Assembly (NCBI RefSeq): GCF_000315625.1
Contig: NW_005434648.1
Location: forward strand, 596,974-660,973
Reading direction: 5' to 3'
DNA length: 64,000 bases
Source of the DNA: Guillardia theta CCMP2712
Taxonomy: Eukaryota; Protista; Cryptophyta
A model generated the notes under the pieces. The model made no database searches. It had not been told where the DNA came from and worked only from the letters and a program-made list of their open reading frames with translations. The position numbers and the translations under genes were made by a program. Position 1 is the stretch's first letter. Every line of letters starts with the position of its first letter. Below, in pieces: positions 1 through 10,689 of the stretch.

Positions 1-2005
1 TTCACTTCAAGAGCTCCCGGCCACACGGTTAGCAAGGAAAGAGATGAATCCAACAGCAAGTTTGTGATTGTCGACCCTTGCCCTGCGCATGCGACTTATC
101 TTACAAGGTGTGAACTGATGTTCGATACCATGCAAGCCCTAAAGACATTACGATCAGGTTGGCAAGGGTGTTCAGACGATCGAATTATGTCGATCTTGCG
201 ATGGAATACTTGAGGGCAGCCCTCACATTCAAACCTGATCATTCTCCTGCACTGCAACTGCAGGTAAATTCCCTCCTCCACATTTTCATCGTGTCCTTGA
301 TAGAAGTCGAAGGGCGTCTGTCACTTAGACGTCGATGAACACATGTTGGCGATCAAGTGCTTCGAAGAGGTGTCAGCTTATAGTGCTCCTTCCATGTGAT
401 GTGATGTCAGGCTTTGTCGCTCTCTCCTTCTTCTCTGGATGGTAAGCTTGCGATGGCTGAAGCAAAGAAAGGTTTGAATCGTTCCTACTATCACTTTAGC
501 TTGAGATGATATCTCGGCTCGGTAGAGACTGGACAGTTCCAGGAGGTTGAAACCTTGTTCAAAGAGGCTTGCGAGAAGGAGGAAATTTGCAATTACTAAT
601 AGATCTGCAATTCTGATTGGTATGTCCGATGCAGATGGTGTACAATCCTTCTTCTTCTGCTCTAGACTTTGTAAGGTCTCTCCAGCTGAAACGTGATGAG
701 ATGCTTTTGTCGACGCCAGTCTGACGTTTCGCCTTGCAGGAGAAACTCTGGAATCGTATCATTGGAAACCTCTGTACAAGTACGCTGTGTACGCTCAGAG
801 ACACAAAGATGATATCGAACTTGCGTCTGTCTTGTTCGAGAAGGCGTATGAAGCAGCGCCGCATAATGCCGAAGTTGGTCACAAGCTGTCTTTGCCTCTG
901 ATTCATTTACATGTCATGTCAGTTGCTGGTTGGCTACACTCTATTTTGCATCCAAACTCCAGACAAGGAAAGATTTTGTTTTGCTGATGAGCCAAGAATT
1001 GTTCCCCATCATATACCATCCCATCCGAATTCCTTCCCTCTCCTCCCTTTCCTTCTCTCCTTTCGAATTTCCTAACATACCACTACAGATTTCAAAGGCA
1101 GAGAAGCTGGCTTACAAAGCCTACCAGCTACACCCGAAGGACCAGAACGTTCACAAGATCCTTGCCAATCTTCACCACAACCTCAACGACGACCGGTGAT
1201 CAAACATGATTCATCTTCCCGTTGTAAGAAGATTGATCTCAGCTCGGCCATGAAATCTCTGCTCAAAGCGCTGTGGCTGGAACCCAACGATCCTATCGCC
1301 CTCAATGATGTTGGCCATCTACTTGCAACTCAACACAAGTACGAGCATTGACTGCTTCATGTCTTTGAACGCTCTCTCTTCTTTCTCTCTACTATTGACC
1401 ACCCTGTACTTCACTTCTCCCTACTCGTTCTCTATGTGATTGTTTGTGACTTCATGGTAGCTATGACGAGGCAAGAAAGCGGTTCGAGCAGGCGAGAAGG
1501 GCGAATCCTCTCTATGTGCAGGCAGACATCTCCCTAGCAGCGCTCTACCTCGCCGTCGGTCAATATGAAGATGCGATGAAGTTTCGTGCGAGAGCTGAAA
1601 AGGTGATGGAAACATTGACGTGTACGTCTTAGTCCAGCTCTGGTGCTTTGGTACCTCGTCCTATGATGGTTGTTTGTCGGCAGCCTTGACTGCTCCACTC
1701 GTGTCTCTCCCTCACGTGCCCTCCTTGCAACGATTACAACGTGATTGACTAGTTCAGTAGACTGCGCCTGACTGCGCCCCGATGGAATTTGTCGCTGGTC
1801 TGGCAGAGCAGTATGGAGCTAAGTTCGGGGCGAGAGAAGGAGGAGGAGGTGTGGAGGTGGGGCTGGGAGAGGAGAAAGCGAGTAAGAAGCCTTGTGCTGA
1901 AGAAGGTAAAATGGTGAACTCTGCCTTGGTAAGTTCTACGGTGAGTTGGTAGAGGATGTGATTTGTGTGTCAGGGAGCGGTATCGATGGGAGATAGCAGC
2001 GAATG
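1..2005 (+). CDS. TPR-repeat protein, multi-exon, 5' end outside the window
   Basis: Successive exons separated by short GT..AG introns translate to TPR helices: LASVLFEKAYEAAPHNAE, AEKLAYKAYQLHPKDQNVHKILANLHH, AMKSLLKALWLEPNDPIALNDVGHLLA, YDEARKRFEQARRANPLYVQADISLAALYLAVGQYEDA. The 3' end is approximate. Confidence 0.75.
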
Positions 2006-2394
2006 AACGGAGGAGAGGAGCTGACTTGTCGTGGAGATATCATATTTGTAAGTTGATGTATTGAAGTAGATGTAATTGATGTAGTGAAGACTGAGAGTCA
2101 AACGTGATTAGAGAATACCAGGAATGAGAAGAATTCGCTTAATACTATCACTTTCTGTCACATCACAATCAGCTCGATCTCACATCGTTGGAAATCTCTG
2201 AGAAGAATTCGATTCTTGTTACGAGTTGGTTTCTGCTACAAAACGCTGCTGAAGATGTCAGCAAGACATTAGGATTTAAAAGCACATGCTGACAGCATCA
2301 TAGCCAGTGATTGTGTGCTGGTGAAAAGGAACAGATACATTCTGATAGCTAAACAGATTAAACAGCTCAAAAGCCCTAACACTCAGCTGTGTAT

Positions 2395-5300
2395 TTACAC
2401 CAGTCCCAGTTTCCATGCTAGATAAGATCGAATACTCTTCTTCGACATCTTGACGTCATCCCATTCGCTGGATGTTATCGCTACAATCTTATACCCCACA
2501 CAACTCAGCAGGTATCTCTGCAGCTTCAGCTCTCCTTGTTGACTGCCTGCTCGCCTCACTCGCGCGTTACCAGCACCAGCACCAGCAATATGCCTGTCCT
2601 CGCCGTGATACTGTATCAGCCATGTCTTGTCTCTGCTCTCCACAAACAAGTCGATGATGTAACCTGTTTGCTGGCAGATGGGGTTTTGCTGGACAAACAT
2701 CCCCATCTCATCGAGAGCTTGTGTGAGGTCTGACAGGACAGGAATTGTCTTCAACGTCCTCAAATTCCATCGTACAAAGTCCGACTTGAGGTTGTCGCCA
2801 TGAAGCGATGACAGTCTCTTGGCATCGGCACACAACTCGCTGTCGAGCTCCGGGCAGAGGCGGCAGGTGAGGAAGAAGAGGTGGAGCTTGCATCGCTCGA
2901 GGAAGGTGAAGGAGCTGAACGAGCGACAGACGGACGAGGAGATGGGGCCGAAGAGCATCTTGATCACGCTGTTACAGTGATAGAGGACGGAGATTGACCA
3001 GGCAATCTGAGCGACTTCGGAAGCCCTCAAGTCAGAGATGAGAGCTGAGACCTGTAGGGAGAGCGCAGCAATGAGGATGTTGCCCGGGTCTCGTGCAAAT
3101 GTTGCATGTGCCCAGAGCACGTTGGAGATGTCGAGAGAGTCGAAGCGGGAAGAGAACTTGGATGCAGCCAACTTCAACTCCTCGAACAGCTCAGAATGGG
3201 GTATGACCTCAGTCTTGGCAAGGGAGGCAAACATCAACGACACCTCCTTTGATGAAAGAACCTCCGACAGTTTCTGTTTGGCAAGAAGAGACCCGAGGGA
3301 AGAAAACAGGCTACTCGTCGAGAGATCGTCCAGATCGGCAAGGGCATTGAAGATGATACATTGAGTTTCTGTGTCGTACATGTCTACTCGAGATGAGATG
3401 AAAACTTGAATCCTTGAGAAGAAAGTTGCATCTGATACATCAAGCTGGGAGAGGCTGGAGACGATGCTTGCTGTCTGTTGAGCGTCGAAGTATGATAGCG
3501 ACTGCAAGATCTCCTCCTTCATGGTGTTCCATCCTGCTTCATCGAGCTTCTTTTGAGATTTGGCGAGAGCAGAACAAACTTGACAGAGAAGGTGTGAGTT
3601 GTTCTCGCCATGCAGAACTACCGAGCTTGACGAGAGAGCTTCAACTATCTCCGCTGAAGGCTCAAGTCCCATCTGTGAGAGACACCAGATGATACTACAG
3701 ACTTCATAGAAATCGTACTTGGCAAGGTGCCTCAATATCTGTCCTATCAGCTTGTCCAAGAAGAGCTGCTGCAATCGCCCATGGAAGGCTGCCATCGCTA
3801 GGATGATGTTGAGGACTGTCTTGGCACTGCAATCCTCCATTCTCCAAACAAGTTTCTCCTCCAGCGCCTTGATCGACTTGCCATCTGGCACGAAACCAAA
3901 CTTTGCAGAAGAGAAGAAGATCATGGAAAGGCACTCGGTGTCACAGGCATCATCTGCTATCGCGCGCTTCTCGAGAATGTCATGAGCCTCTGAGCTGAGA
4001 GGAAATTCAAACGACGCGAGGGCGAAGAGAAGGCGAGCGAGCAGGTTGACGTTCGCTGACGATACGTGCTCCTCCACCTTGTCTCGACACGCACCGAGCA
4101 TCTCATCGTTTGGCTTGGTAGGCATGACCTCGTAAGAGGACAAGATGCTCAGCAAATCTTGCAGAGAGAAGAAGTCTTTGAGTTCCATCGCCTTGTCCTC
4201 CAACGAATGAATGAAAGATAAATTTGGGCAACGCGGAAGAGCCTTGAGAGATATGAAGATGTCAACTAAATCTCCTCTTGACAACCTGAAGGATCTCTTG
4301 CGGATGAGATGTAAAAGAATTTCGAAGAATTCTTCATGAGAATCAACATCAAGATTGCAGATAATCCAAAGCGCAAGACAAAGACATTTTCCGTCCATAT
4401 CTTCTGTTTGCTCCAGAACTTTTTTCTTAAGATGAAGCAAACATTCTCTCCCGAGAGTGTTCCGATACACAGAAAGGGCATAGATCAGCGACAAGAATTT
4501 CATGCTCGGCAAAGAATCAATGGACTTGATTGCCCACTGCTCAATCTCATCCAACACGTTGTGGTGTGCATCTATGTTGATGCTGCAGAGACACATGAAC
4601 AAGGAGCAGATTTCCGCGTAAGAAAGGACCTCCTTCCTCTCCTCTATACTCCTTTCCAACGACTGCAGGATGACCGAGCCGGGATGATAGTCAAGACGGA
4701 CAAAGTCGTAGACGGCCTCGCAGATCTCCGAAGGGCTAAGAGAGCTCAGTACCTTGCAGGTCCTGTGCTTGATCGCCTGCATTAGCGCAGGTCCAGGATT
4801 CTCTCTCATCTCGGCAAATCCGAAAAGAAGGTCTTGCACGTCCCTGGCTGGCGCACTCGCCAAATCCGTCATGGCGCGGTCCTGGAATGCTGGCAGCAGC
4901 TTCACCCATTCGGGGCTCGCCGATCTTTTCAACGAAGAGATGAACTGAGAGGTTTGCAGCAAAGAGAACTCGTTGATACGCTGGTTTGCCTGCCAGAAGA
5001 GGATCTTCTCAGCTCTCCTTTCGTCCACTTTGTCCTCATGATCTTTATCTTGCAAAGAAAGCTGCACAAACTCACAGAACAAGCTCGCCAGGTCAACCGT
5101 ATCAAGGTGCGATTCATTCTTGATAACCCACTGACATAGACACTTGAAATCCATCGAGAACTTGTCGGTAATTTGACTAAGTCTCTCGTCCTTTCTCCAC
5201 CAGAGGTTTCTTTTGTGTTCTGGAATATCCAGATGCGAGCTACTTCTTCCCGTCAATGTTTCACAACATTCACACTGGAGCCCCTTGAGAGGGCTGACGT

Positions 5301-7407
5301 CACCTTCCCGCTCCCTCTTCGATCGACCGTAACCATCGTAAAACTTTTTCGGAGCATGGCATGAGCACAGGGGAAAGCTGCAGCCTCGCAGCTGAAACCT
5401 CTTCCTAGCAAAAGGTGCAAAAGAAAGATAGGAGTGTTCAGTGTGGTCTTTGACATCTCTAGAACAACTCTGGTGTCTGGGCGAGAAGCTGACCTTATCT
5501 GTCGGTTCTGGGTGCGAGGGGACTCCCGCAGATTGTGCAGGTGAGACCGTGAGAATGAAGTCATCCAGGCGAGACCGTTTGCCCTCGTTGCTGCTGTGGA
5601 GGGAAGACAGAGATGTGGACTTGTCGTCTTCCCGACATTTCTTGGAAGATTTCATCATGGGGTAGGAGTCAACATATCCTTCACTGCTCGATCCCGAGTG
5701 CTGTAGACCTCTGGATCGAGAATCAGCTCCAGAAGGCGCTATCTGTCGTTTCCTCTCCTGCTCTTGTTCTGTTGTCTGCTTCCACTTCCTGTCTCCTCTG
5801 ATCGGGTCGTCGTCTTTCATCGAAAACAGCCTTTCGCTGCTCGACTCGTCCTGACTGCTGTTGCTCTTTGTAGGCCTGACTGCCAGCTGCAGCGGCTGAG
5901 TGCGTTTGAGGATGAGAGAGTAGGCCACCTTGTCGCAATCAGCAGTCGCGCTCCTCTCGAGATGGAGATTGACAGGCGTACCGAACGGTCCCACCACCTT
6001 CATCTTGATAACATCTCTGCAGCTTCCCATGCAGCAGAAAGAATCTACTCGGAGCAGCTTGTCTCCCTCCCGGATCAGGCCCGACTTCTGGGCAGGGCCG
6101 GAGGGATGGATTGAGTCGACGTAGCAGCACTCAGTCGCTCCAGGGTCAGCGGGAGCAAGAGAAATCCCAACTCCATAGCAGATTTCAGCACCTCTTATTC
6201 GGCGAGGCTTCTGGTCAACAAGGCTACTCTCACTGCCTTTGTTGTTGTCCTCTCTCGAATCTTTAACGGTTTTTTCCTTAGAGAAGAGAGAGCCACGTGC
6301 CTGGTTCACTTCATGAGACTGATCAGATTTTGCAAAGAATTCTTTTCCCTCAGAGTCGTTCAGCAGGGGATCTGCTGTCTTAGAAACGTTCGGGCCCGAT
6401 GAGGAAATTCTGTCACAACCAGAATCTTTTGGCATGTAAGCATCTCTTTTTCCTTGCTGAGAATGTATCTGTGCTTTGCCTTTCATCTCCACCTCTTCAA
6501 GGGTGTTCAAATCCCCGACAGCCTTTTCCTCTTTAGCGTGCTTGGAGGATGCTTTTCCATTTGAAATCTCGTTCTCATCCTTTTCAATACCATCCTGGTT
6601 CTGCCTCACTTCATCACGTTCGTCAATGCTCTTTGAGGGGATGCAAGTTTCGTTCTGCTCTTTCTTCAAGGGCTCCTTGTCTTTCGACGCTCTCAAGCTT
6701 GGAATCTCTGTGCTTGTTTCTGCATCCGGCTCTACCTCGAGTAGTTTTGCTCTGCAATGAGCTGCAGTTGCCATTCCAAGATGCGGTTCTGGAGCAGATT
6801 GTCCAGCGACTCCTACCGTCTCCGAGCTCTGACCAGCTCTGGCTGGAACACTCATGCTAGCAGCTTCATGGCATTGACGTTTGCTGCTCTCAAACCTCTC
6901 GGAGCTCTTTCGATTATCTTCTGTTCGACTTCTTTTCTTGCCGTCCTTATTCAGGTCATCTCTATCTCCCGCCTTGCTTTTCATCTCCTGCCGATTTCCG
7001 TCCTTGCTCAGTCCCTCCTTCTCCAGCCGACCCCTGCTCTCTTGCGACCTTCGCTCTTGTCGCCGACGCTCGTCATTCCACCATCGCTCAGCCTCCCTTG
7101 ACCGTTCGTCATGCTGCCGGCGTTCTTCTGGCCTTTCCCGATCTTCGTGTCTTCCTCGATCCTCTGCTCGAAAGAAACCTTCCTGTCGTCCTCGCTCGTC
7201 TGGTCGCCACCATTCCCCGTACTGTCGGCTCTCGTTGTAACGACGGTGTTCGTCCTGCCTGAACATCTCTCGTTGCCACAGCGTCTCTTCCAACCTCCTC
7301 CAGTCTTCATGCCATCGTCTATCCATATGTCGCCATCGCTCTTCATGCGAGCTTCGTTCCTGCCCTCGTCGCCATCCCGGCGTTCCCTTCCAGCTCCGCT
7401 CCTCCAT
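2395..7407 (-). CDS. 1670-aa intronless protein: R/E-rich N-terminus, PDZ domain, OPR/FAST-like helical repeats, C-terminal RAP domain
   Basis: Single 5-kb ORF. PDZ-like segment YGVGISLAP...VDSIHPSGPAQKSGLIREGDKLLRVD...VVGPFGTPVNLHLER (~5955-6180). Helical repeats such as FDSLDISNVLWAHATF and LSPSEICEAVYDFVRLDYHP. RAP-like end GYIIDLFV...LIQYHGEDRH...LQRYLLSCVGYKIVAITSSEW. Confidence 0.85.
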   Translation of the reverse strand: MEERSWKGTPGWRRGQERSSHEERWRHMDRRWHEDWRRLEETLWQREMFRQDEHRRYNESRQYGEWWRPDERGRQEGFFRAEDRGRHEDRERPEERRQHDERSREAERWWNDERRRQERRSQESRGRLEKEGLSKDGNRQEMKSKAGDRDDLNKDGKKRSRTEDNRKSSERFESSKRQCHEAASMSVPARAGQSSETVGVAGQSAPEPHLGMATAAHCRAKLLEVEPDAETSTEIPSLRASKDKEPLKKEQNETCIPSKSIDERDEVRQNQDGIEKDENEISNGKASSKHAKEEKAVGDLNTLEEVEMKGKAQIHSQQGKRDAYMPKDSGCDRISSSGPNVSKTADPLLNDSEGKEFFAKSDQSHEVNQARGSLFSKEKTVKDSREDNNKGSESSLVDQKPRRIRGAEICYGVGISLAPADPGATECCYVDSIHPSGPAQKSGLIREGDKLLRVDSFCCMGSCRDVIKMKVVGPFGTPVNLHLERSATADCDKVAYSLILKRTQPLQLAVRPTKSNSSQDESSSERLFSMKDDDPIRGDRKWKQTTEQEQERKRQIAPSGADSRSRGLQHSGSSSEGYVDSYPMMKSSKKCREDDKSTSLSSLHSSNEGKRSRLDDFILTVSPAQSAGVPSHPEPTDKVSFSPRHQSCSRDVKDHTEHSYLSFAPFARKRFQLRGCSFPLCSCHAPKKFYDGYGRSKREREGDVSPLKGLQCECCETLTGRSSSHLDIPEHKRNLWWRKDERLSQITDKFSMDFKCLCQWVIKNESHLDTVDLASLFCEFVQLSLQDKDHEDKVDERRAEKILFWQANQRINEFSLLQTSQFISSLKRSASPEWVKLLPAFQDRAMTDLASAPARDVQDLLFGFAEMRENPGPALMQAIKHRTCKVLSSLSPSEICEAVYDFVRLDYHPGSVILQSLERSIEERKEVLSYAEICSLFMCLCSINIDAHHNVLDEIEQWAIKSIDSLPSMKFLSLIYALSVYRNTLGRECLLHLKKKVLEQTEDMDGKCLCLALWIICNLDVDSHEEFFEILLHLIRKRSFRLSRGDLVDIFISLKALPRCPNLSFIHSLEDKAMELKDFFSLQDLLSILSSYEVMPTKPNDEMLGACRDKVEEHVSSANVNLLARLLFALASFEFPLSSEAHDILEKRAIADDACDTECLSMIFFSSAKFGFVPDGKSIKALEEKLVWRMEDCSAKTVLNIILAMAAFHGRLQQLFLDKLIGQILRHLAKYDFYEVCSIIWCLSQMGLEPSAEIVEALSSSSVVLHGENNSHLLCQVCSALAKSQKKLDEAGWNTMKEEILQSLSYFDAQQTASIVSSLSQLDVSDATFFSRIQVFISSRVDMYDTETQCIIFNALADLDDLSTSSLFSSLGSLLAKQKLSEVLSSKEVSLMFASLAKTEVIPHSELFEELKLAASKFSSRFDSLDISNVLWAHATFARDPGNILIAALSLQVSALISDLRASEVAQIAWSISVLYHCNSVIKMLFGPISSSVCRSFSSFTFLERCKLHLFFLTCRLCPELDSELCADAKRLSSLHGDNLKSDFVRWNLRTLKTIPVLSDLTQALDEMGMFVQQNPICQQTGYIIDLFVESRDKTWLIQYHGEDRHIAGAGAGNARVRRAGSQQGELKLQRYLLSCVGYKIVAITSSEWDDVKMSKKSIRSYLAWKLGLV

Positions 7408-7450
7408 TTCCCGAGCCCTTATTGGTTCTCATCCCCCTCATTCCCGTCCG

Positions 7451-9435
7451 ATGCACCCGGTCGGGCGCTGGATGGCTTCGAACAAGGGGGTGGAACACGT
7501 GCCGCTGCTGCTGCTGCTGCTGCTATGCAGGGCTCGAGTGTCGCAGAACCTGCTCGTGGACATGGCTCGCTCCAGCTCCTCCCGTCTCCCTGTTGAACTT
7601 CCCCCGAACGGACCCAGCGGAGGGAGGCTGAAATTGAGAGGAGGTGGTCCCGCTGGTAGCACGTGGGGGAACGTGAGCTGGTTGGATCAAGGATGTGAGG
7701 GCAGAGCGCAAGCTCAGCCGACTCTGAGGATGTGGGGGGGAGTGAGGAGAATCTCAGTAAGAGCGAAGTGCGGATCAGAACCTCTCATTGAGTCTGGATA
7801 ACAGGCACTGGAATTGATCATGAAGCGGCATAGGAAGAAGATGGCGAAAGAGGAACAGCAGAACTCGAGATCTGTAACTCTGTGTGCTGCTGCTAAATCT
7901 TTATCCCGACCTTCGTACTCGATAGGAAGATGAGTCCGATACAGCTCCGGCCTTACGAGGACTGCCGCAAGAGGACAGGCAGTTGGTGAGGAGTTTGACC
8001 AGTACTGAGCTGATCTCACCCCTGTCCTGGCAGATTGTTGATGGGCAGAAAGTGAGCATATCAAAGAACGGAACATCTCATTCTGAAAACGCGACTTCAA
8101 TATCTGTGGAGGTGTTTTTTTTCGGTTGAATCTTGGAAGGTTTGACCCCTGCGATTGGTTGGCAGGGATACGACGCAGCCAAAATGATTTATAGAGGTGT
8201 TGAAGAAGAAGTTCCCATTGACTACAGGTATTACTTCTGTTCTGCTGTCTCAATTCTTGTCTGTCTTGTTGAGCATCGGGGATTCAGTATACTTCGGACA
8301 CTCCCCTGTTCGGGCGATGCATGGGCCGGTGGTGTTGGATTTCAACTCGATGCATCTCTGACGACCATGCAGGAATTTTCTTCGATGTCGAGGCAGCGAA
8401 TGATGTTGAGATCAATGCAATTGGCATTGCTTCGCATGTCTACCGGTGCTTCATCGCTTGCTCTCGCGCTTGGAGATGCCATGTAGACACTGAAACCCTC
8501 CTAGACTGGAACCGCACGTGAGCGTTCGCATCTTCTACTGCAACGGAAGCTCGATAGGTTGTCATCATGTGGGGCCCTTTGGCTGCTGGCTGATGTCTAT
8601 GACAGGCAAAGAGGTTGACTTGACTCAATGGGAGTGCGTCTTCTTCGCTCCAAACTGTTCGTTACCCAAAGTCAGCAGGTAGCTCAGCATTCCGATGCTT
8701 GCCCTCTGACACCATCCAAGATTCGACAACCACACCGAAGAGGATTCTCCCTATGCTCATGTAAGTGCTGTGACCTTACGCTGACACTGATCAAGCTTCC
8801 AAGATGCAACTATCGCACGGCATTCCGCTCAAGAGCACAGAGGTTGTGGGCTTTGCTGTCTACACCAACAGCTTGTGAGTGTACGATAGCATCCAGAGCT
8901 TAGCTTATCGGCTCATGGCAGATGCGGCGTTGCGTTGCGATGGACTTCTAGTCAGCCACGACTTGCACTTGGTCATAGTTGCGCCCAGTCAGCAATCGAG
9001 ATTAATCTTTGGGTTTAGAAGAGGACAAGGACATCTATGGGTACAAGATAGGCAACAACAGCATTCCCCTTGTTGCAGACTCAGAAAACTTCAGGTGAAA
9101 TCAAAGATTGGACGAACCTGCTTCCTCTGATGCACCTCATTTCCAGGCGCAACATGCTGAGATCGGTGAAACTGAACGAAGTAACGGATTCTAACGACGA
9201 CATTCTCATCCGAGCTGGGTAGCCTCCATCTCCTACCGTACCATGTCCAGTGTAACTCAATTCCTGACAGTCACTGCGTGGAAGTCACTGGCTCAGACCA
9301 TCCGTTCGACGAGGTGGCTTATGACGCTGCCAATCATAATGTACATGCTCTGATCGATGACTCCAGGGGGGATACACGTCGGATGAGAACGTGAGGGCTT
9401 TTGTTGGGGAGGTCGTGTACACGGCTTCAAGCTGA
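7451..9435 (+). CDS. Multi-exon hypothetical protein with signal-peptide-like N-terminus and LKLRGG motif
   Basis: Exon 1 reads VPLLLLLLLCRARVS...RLKLRGGG...LRMWGGVRRIS. It splices in frame to ALELIMKRHRKKMAKEEQQ, EDESDTAPALRGLPQ, IVDGQKVS, GYDAAKMIY and GIFFDVEAANDVEINAIGIAS. The last exon is VRAFVGEVVYTASS*. The start could be the ATG at 7451 or at 7472. Confidence 0.65.
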
Positions 9436-9778
9436 TGAATAAACTGAGGCCCGGCCGGCAGCCGGCCGAGTTACAGGCCGCCTCAAAGTGAAGTCGCCCT
9501 CTGTGTTCCGAGAATGCTATGAGCGGGGACGAGGGTAAGGGCGTATCGGGTCCTAGAACGATTAGAAAAGTAGGCCCTTCCTACTACCACAGGTCTTACG
9601 GGAACGCTATGGTGACGTGGGGTCCTAAAGTGTATGGGTGTCTAGACCAATGGGGTACATGCTAGATACAAACTGGTGGGTAGTGAAATTTGATTTGGGG
9701 GGTGTGTGCAGGAGGGGTTAGCCGATTGTGAGGGTGGGGTTGAGCGGTAGTGGTTGTGCTAGGAGGCCACGTGCTACT

Positions 9779-10647
9779 ATGGCGGACGAAGGGATTTCGC
9801 CGGCGACAATAGTAAGACATGAACATGCTGAGAAGACTTTGACGAGGAAGAGAAGAGGAAGGCAATCAGCTATGATGGGAAGAGGGGATATCTTAACAAA
9901 GCTGAATGAGGACTGCTGGAAGTGAGGTGTGAACGGGATTCAGAATCCGCGCTGTTGCTAGTGAGGCTGGATGCTAAGTCCGGTGTATCTCTGATTTTCA
10001 TACTGGCTTTGCTGCGCTTGTAGGAGGGATGTACTCTTCTCTGTTTCTGATAGCAGTCTGAATGAAATGCTACTTGGGGTGTGCAGAGGACTTTTCAGAC
10101 CAAGGATAGCTGCTTTAGTACCTCAAGGATCAAAATGGTGGAGTGATAGGGGTAGTGCTGAGAACTTGACTGTGGACTACATCAGTCCTAAGATGTTAAG
10201 ATGTTGATGACTGGAAGACAGCTGTGAAATGAAATTCCCTGTAATCCCTCTCAGACTCGTTTCTCAGGTTCTTTTGGTTATTGGGCTCCTGGTTGCAGCA
10301 ATTCTCGGGGGGTGAGCAGCAGCAATGGTTTGATTGGAATCCTTGTAATAACGTTGGTTTCAGTGCCGTCTTCTTGTGGTTTTATGCCCAGAAGCACGCC
10401 GACGAGTTGGGGATCAAGAAGAAGAAGAAGGTGAGGATTGTTCTATCGATATCACTCAGCGCACGCTCATCTTCTCCCTTCGCAAGGTTTCCAACAAGAA
10501 ATTGCAGCGAGAACGAGCCAGGTATACTCAGGTCGGAGGCGATTAATCAACATAAAACATGATGTTTCCCACCTCATCTCCTTCACGGCATCAGTCCTCG
10601 CTCCCTACACATGGTGCTCTTGTTGCAGTCTCAGAAGTAAGGGTTGA
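9779..10647 (+). CDS. S1FA-like small single-TM/basic protein (65 aa, 5 exons)
   Basis: Exons 9779-9811, 10268-10311, 10364-10430, 10487-10521 and 10629-10647 join through GT..AG introns to give MADEGISPATIVLLVIGLLVAAILGGAVFLWFYAQKHADELGIKKKKKVSNKKLQRERASLRSKG*. This resembles the plant S1FA pattern (G-x-x-P-x-x-IVLLV...YAQK...KKKPVSKKK). The last exon is the least certain. Confidence 0.75.
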
Positions 10648-10689
10648 AAGCAGCATATCCTGTACATCGTCAGACTCGGCAGCAACATC

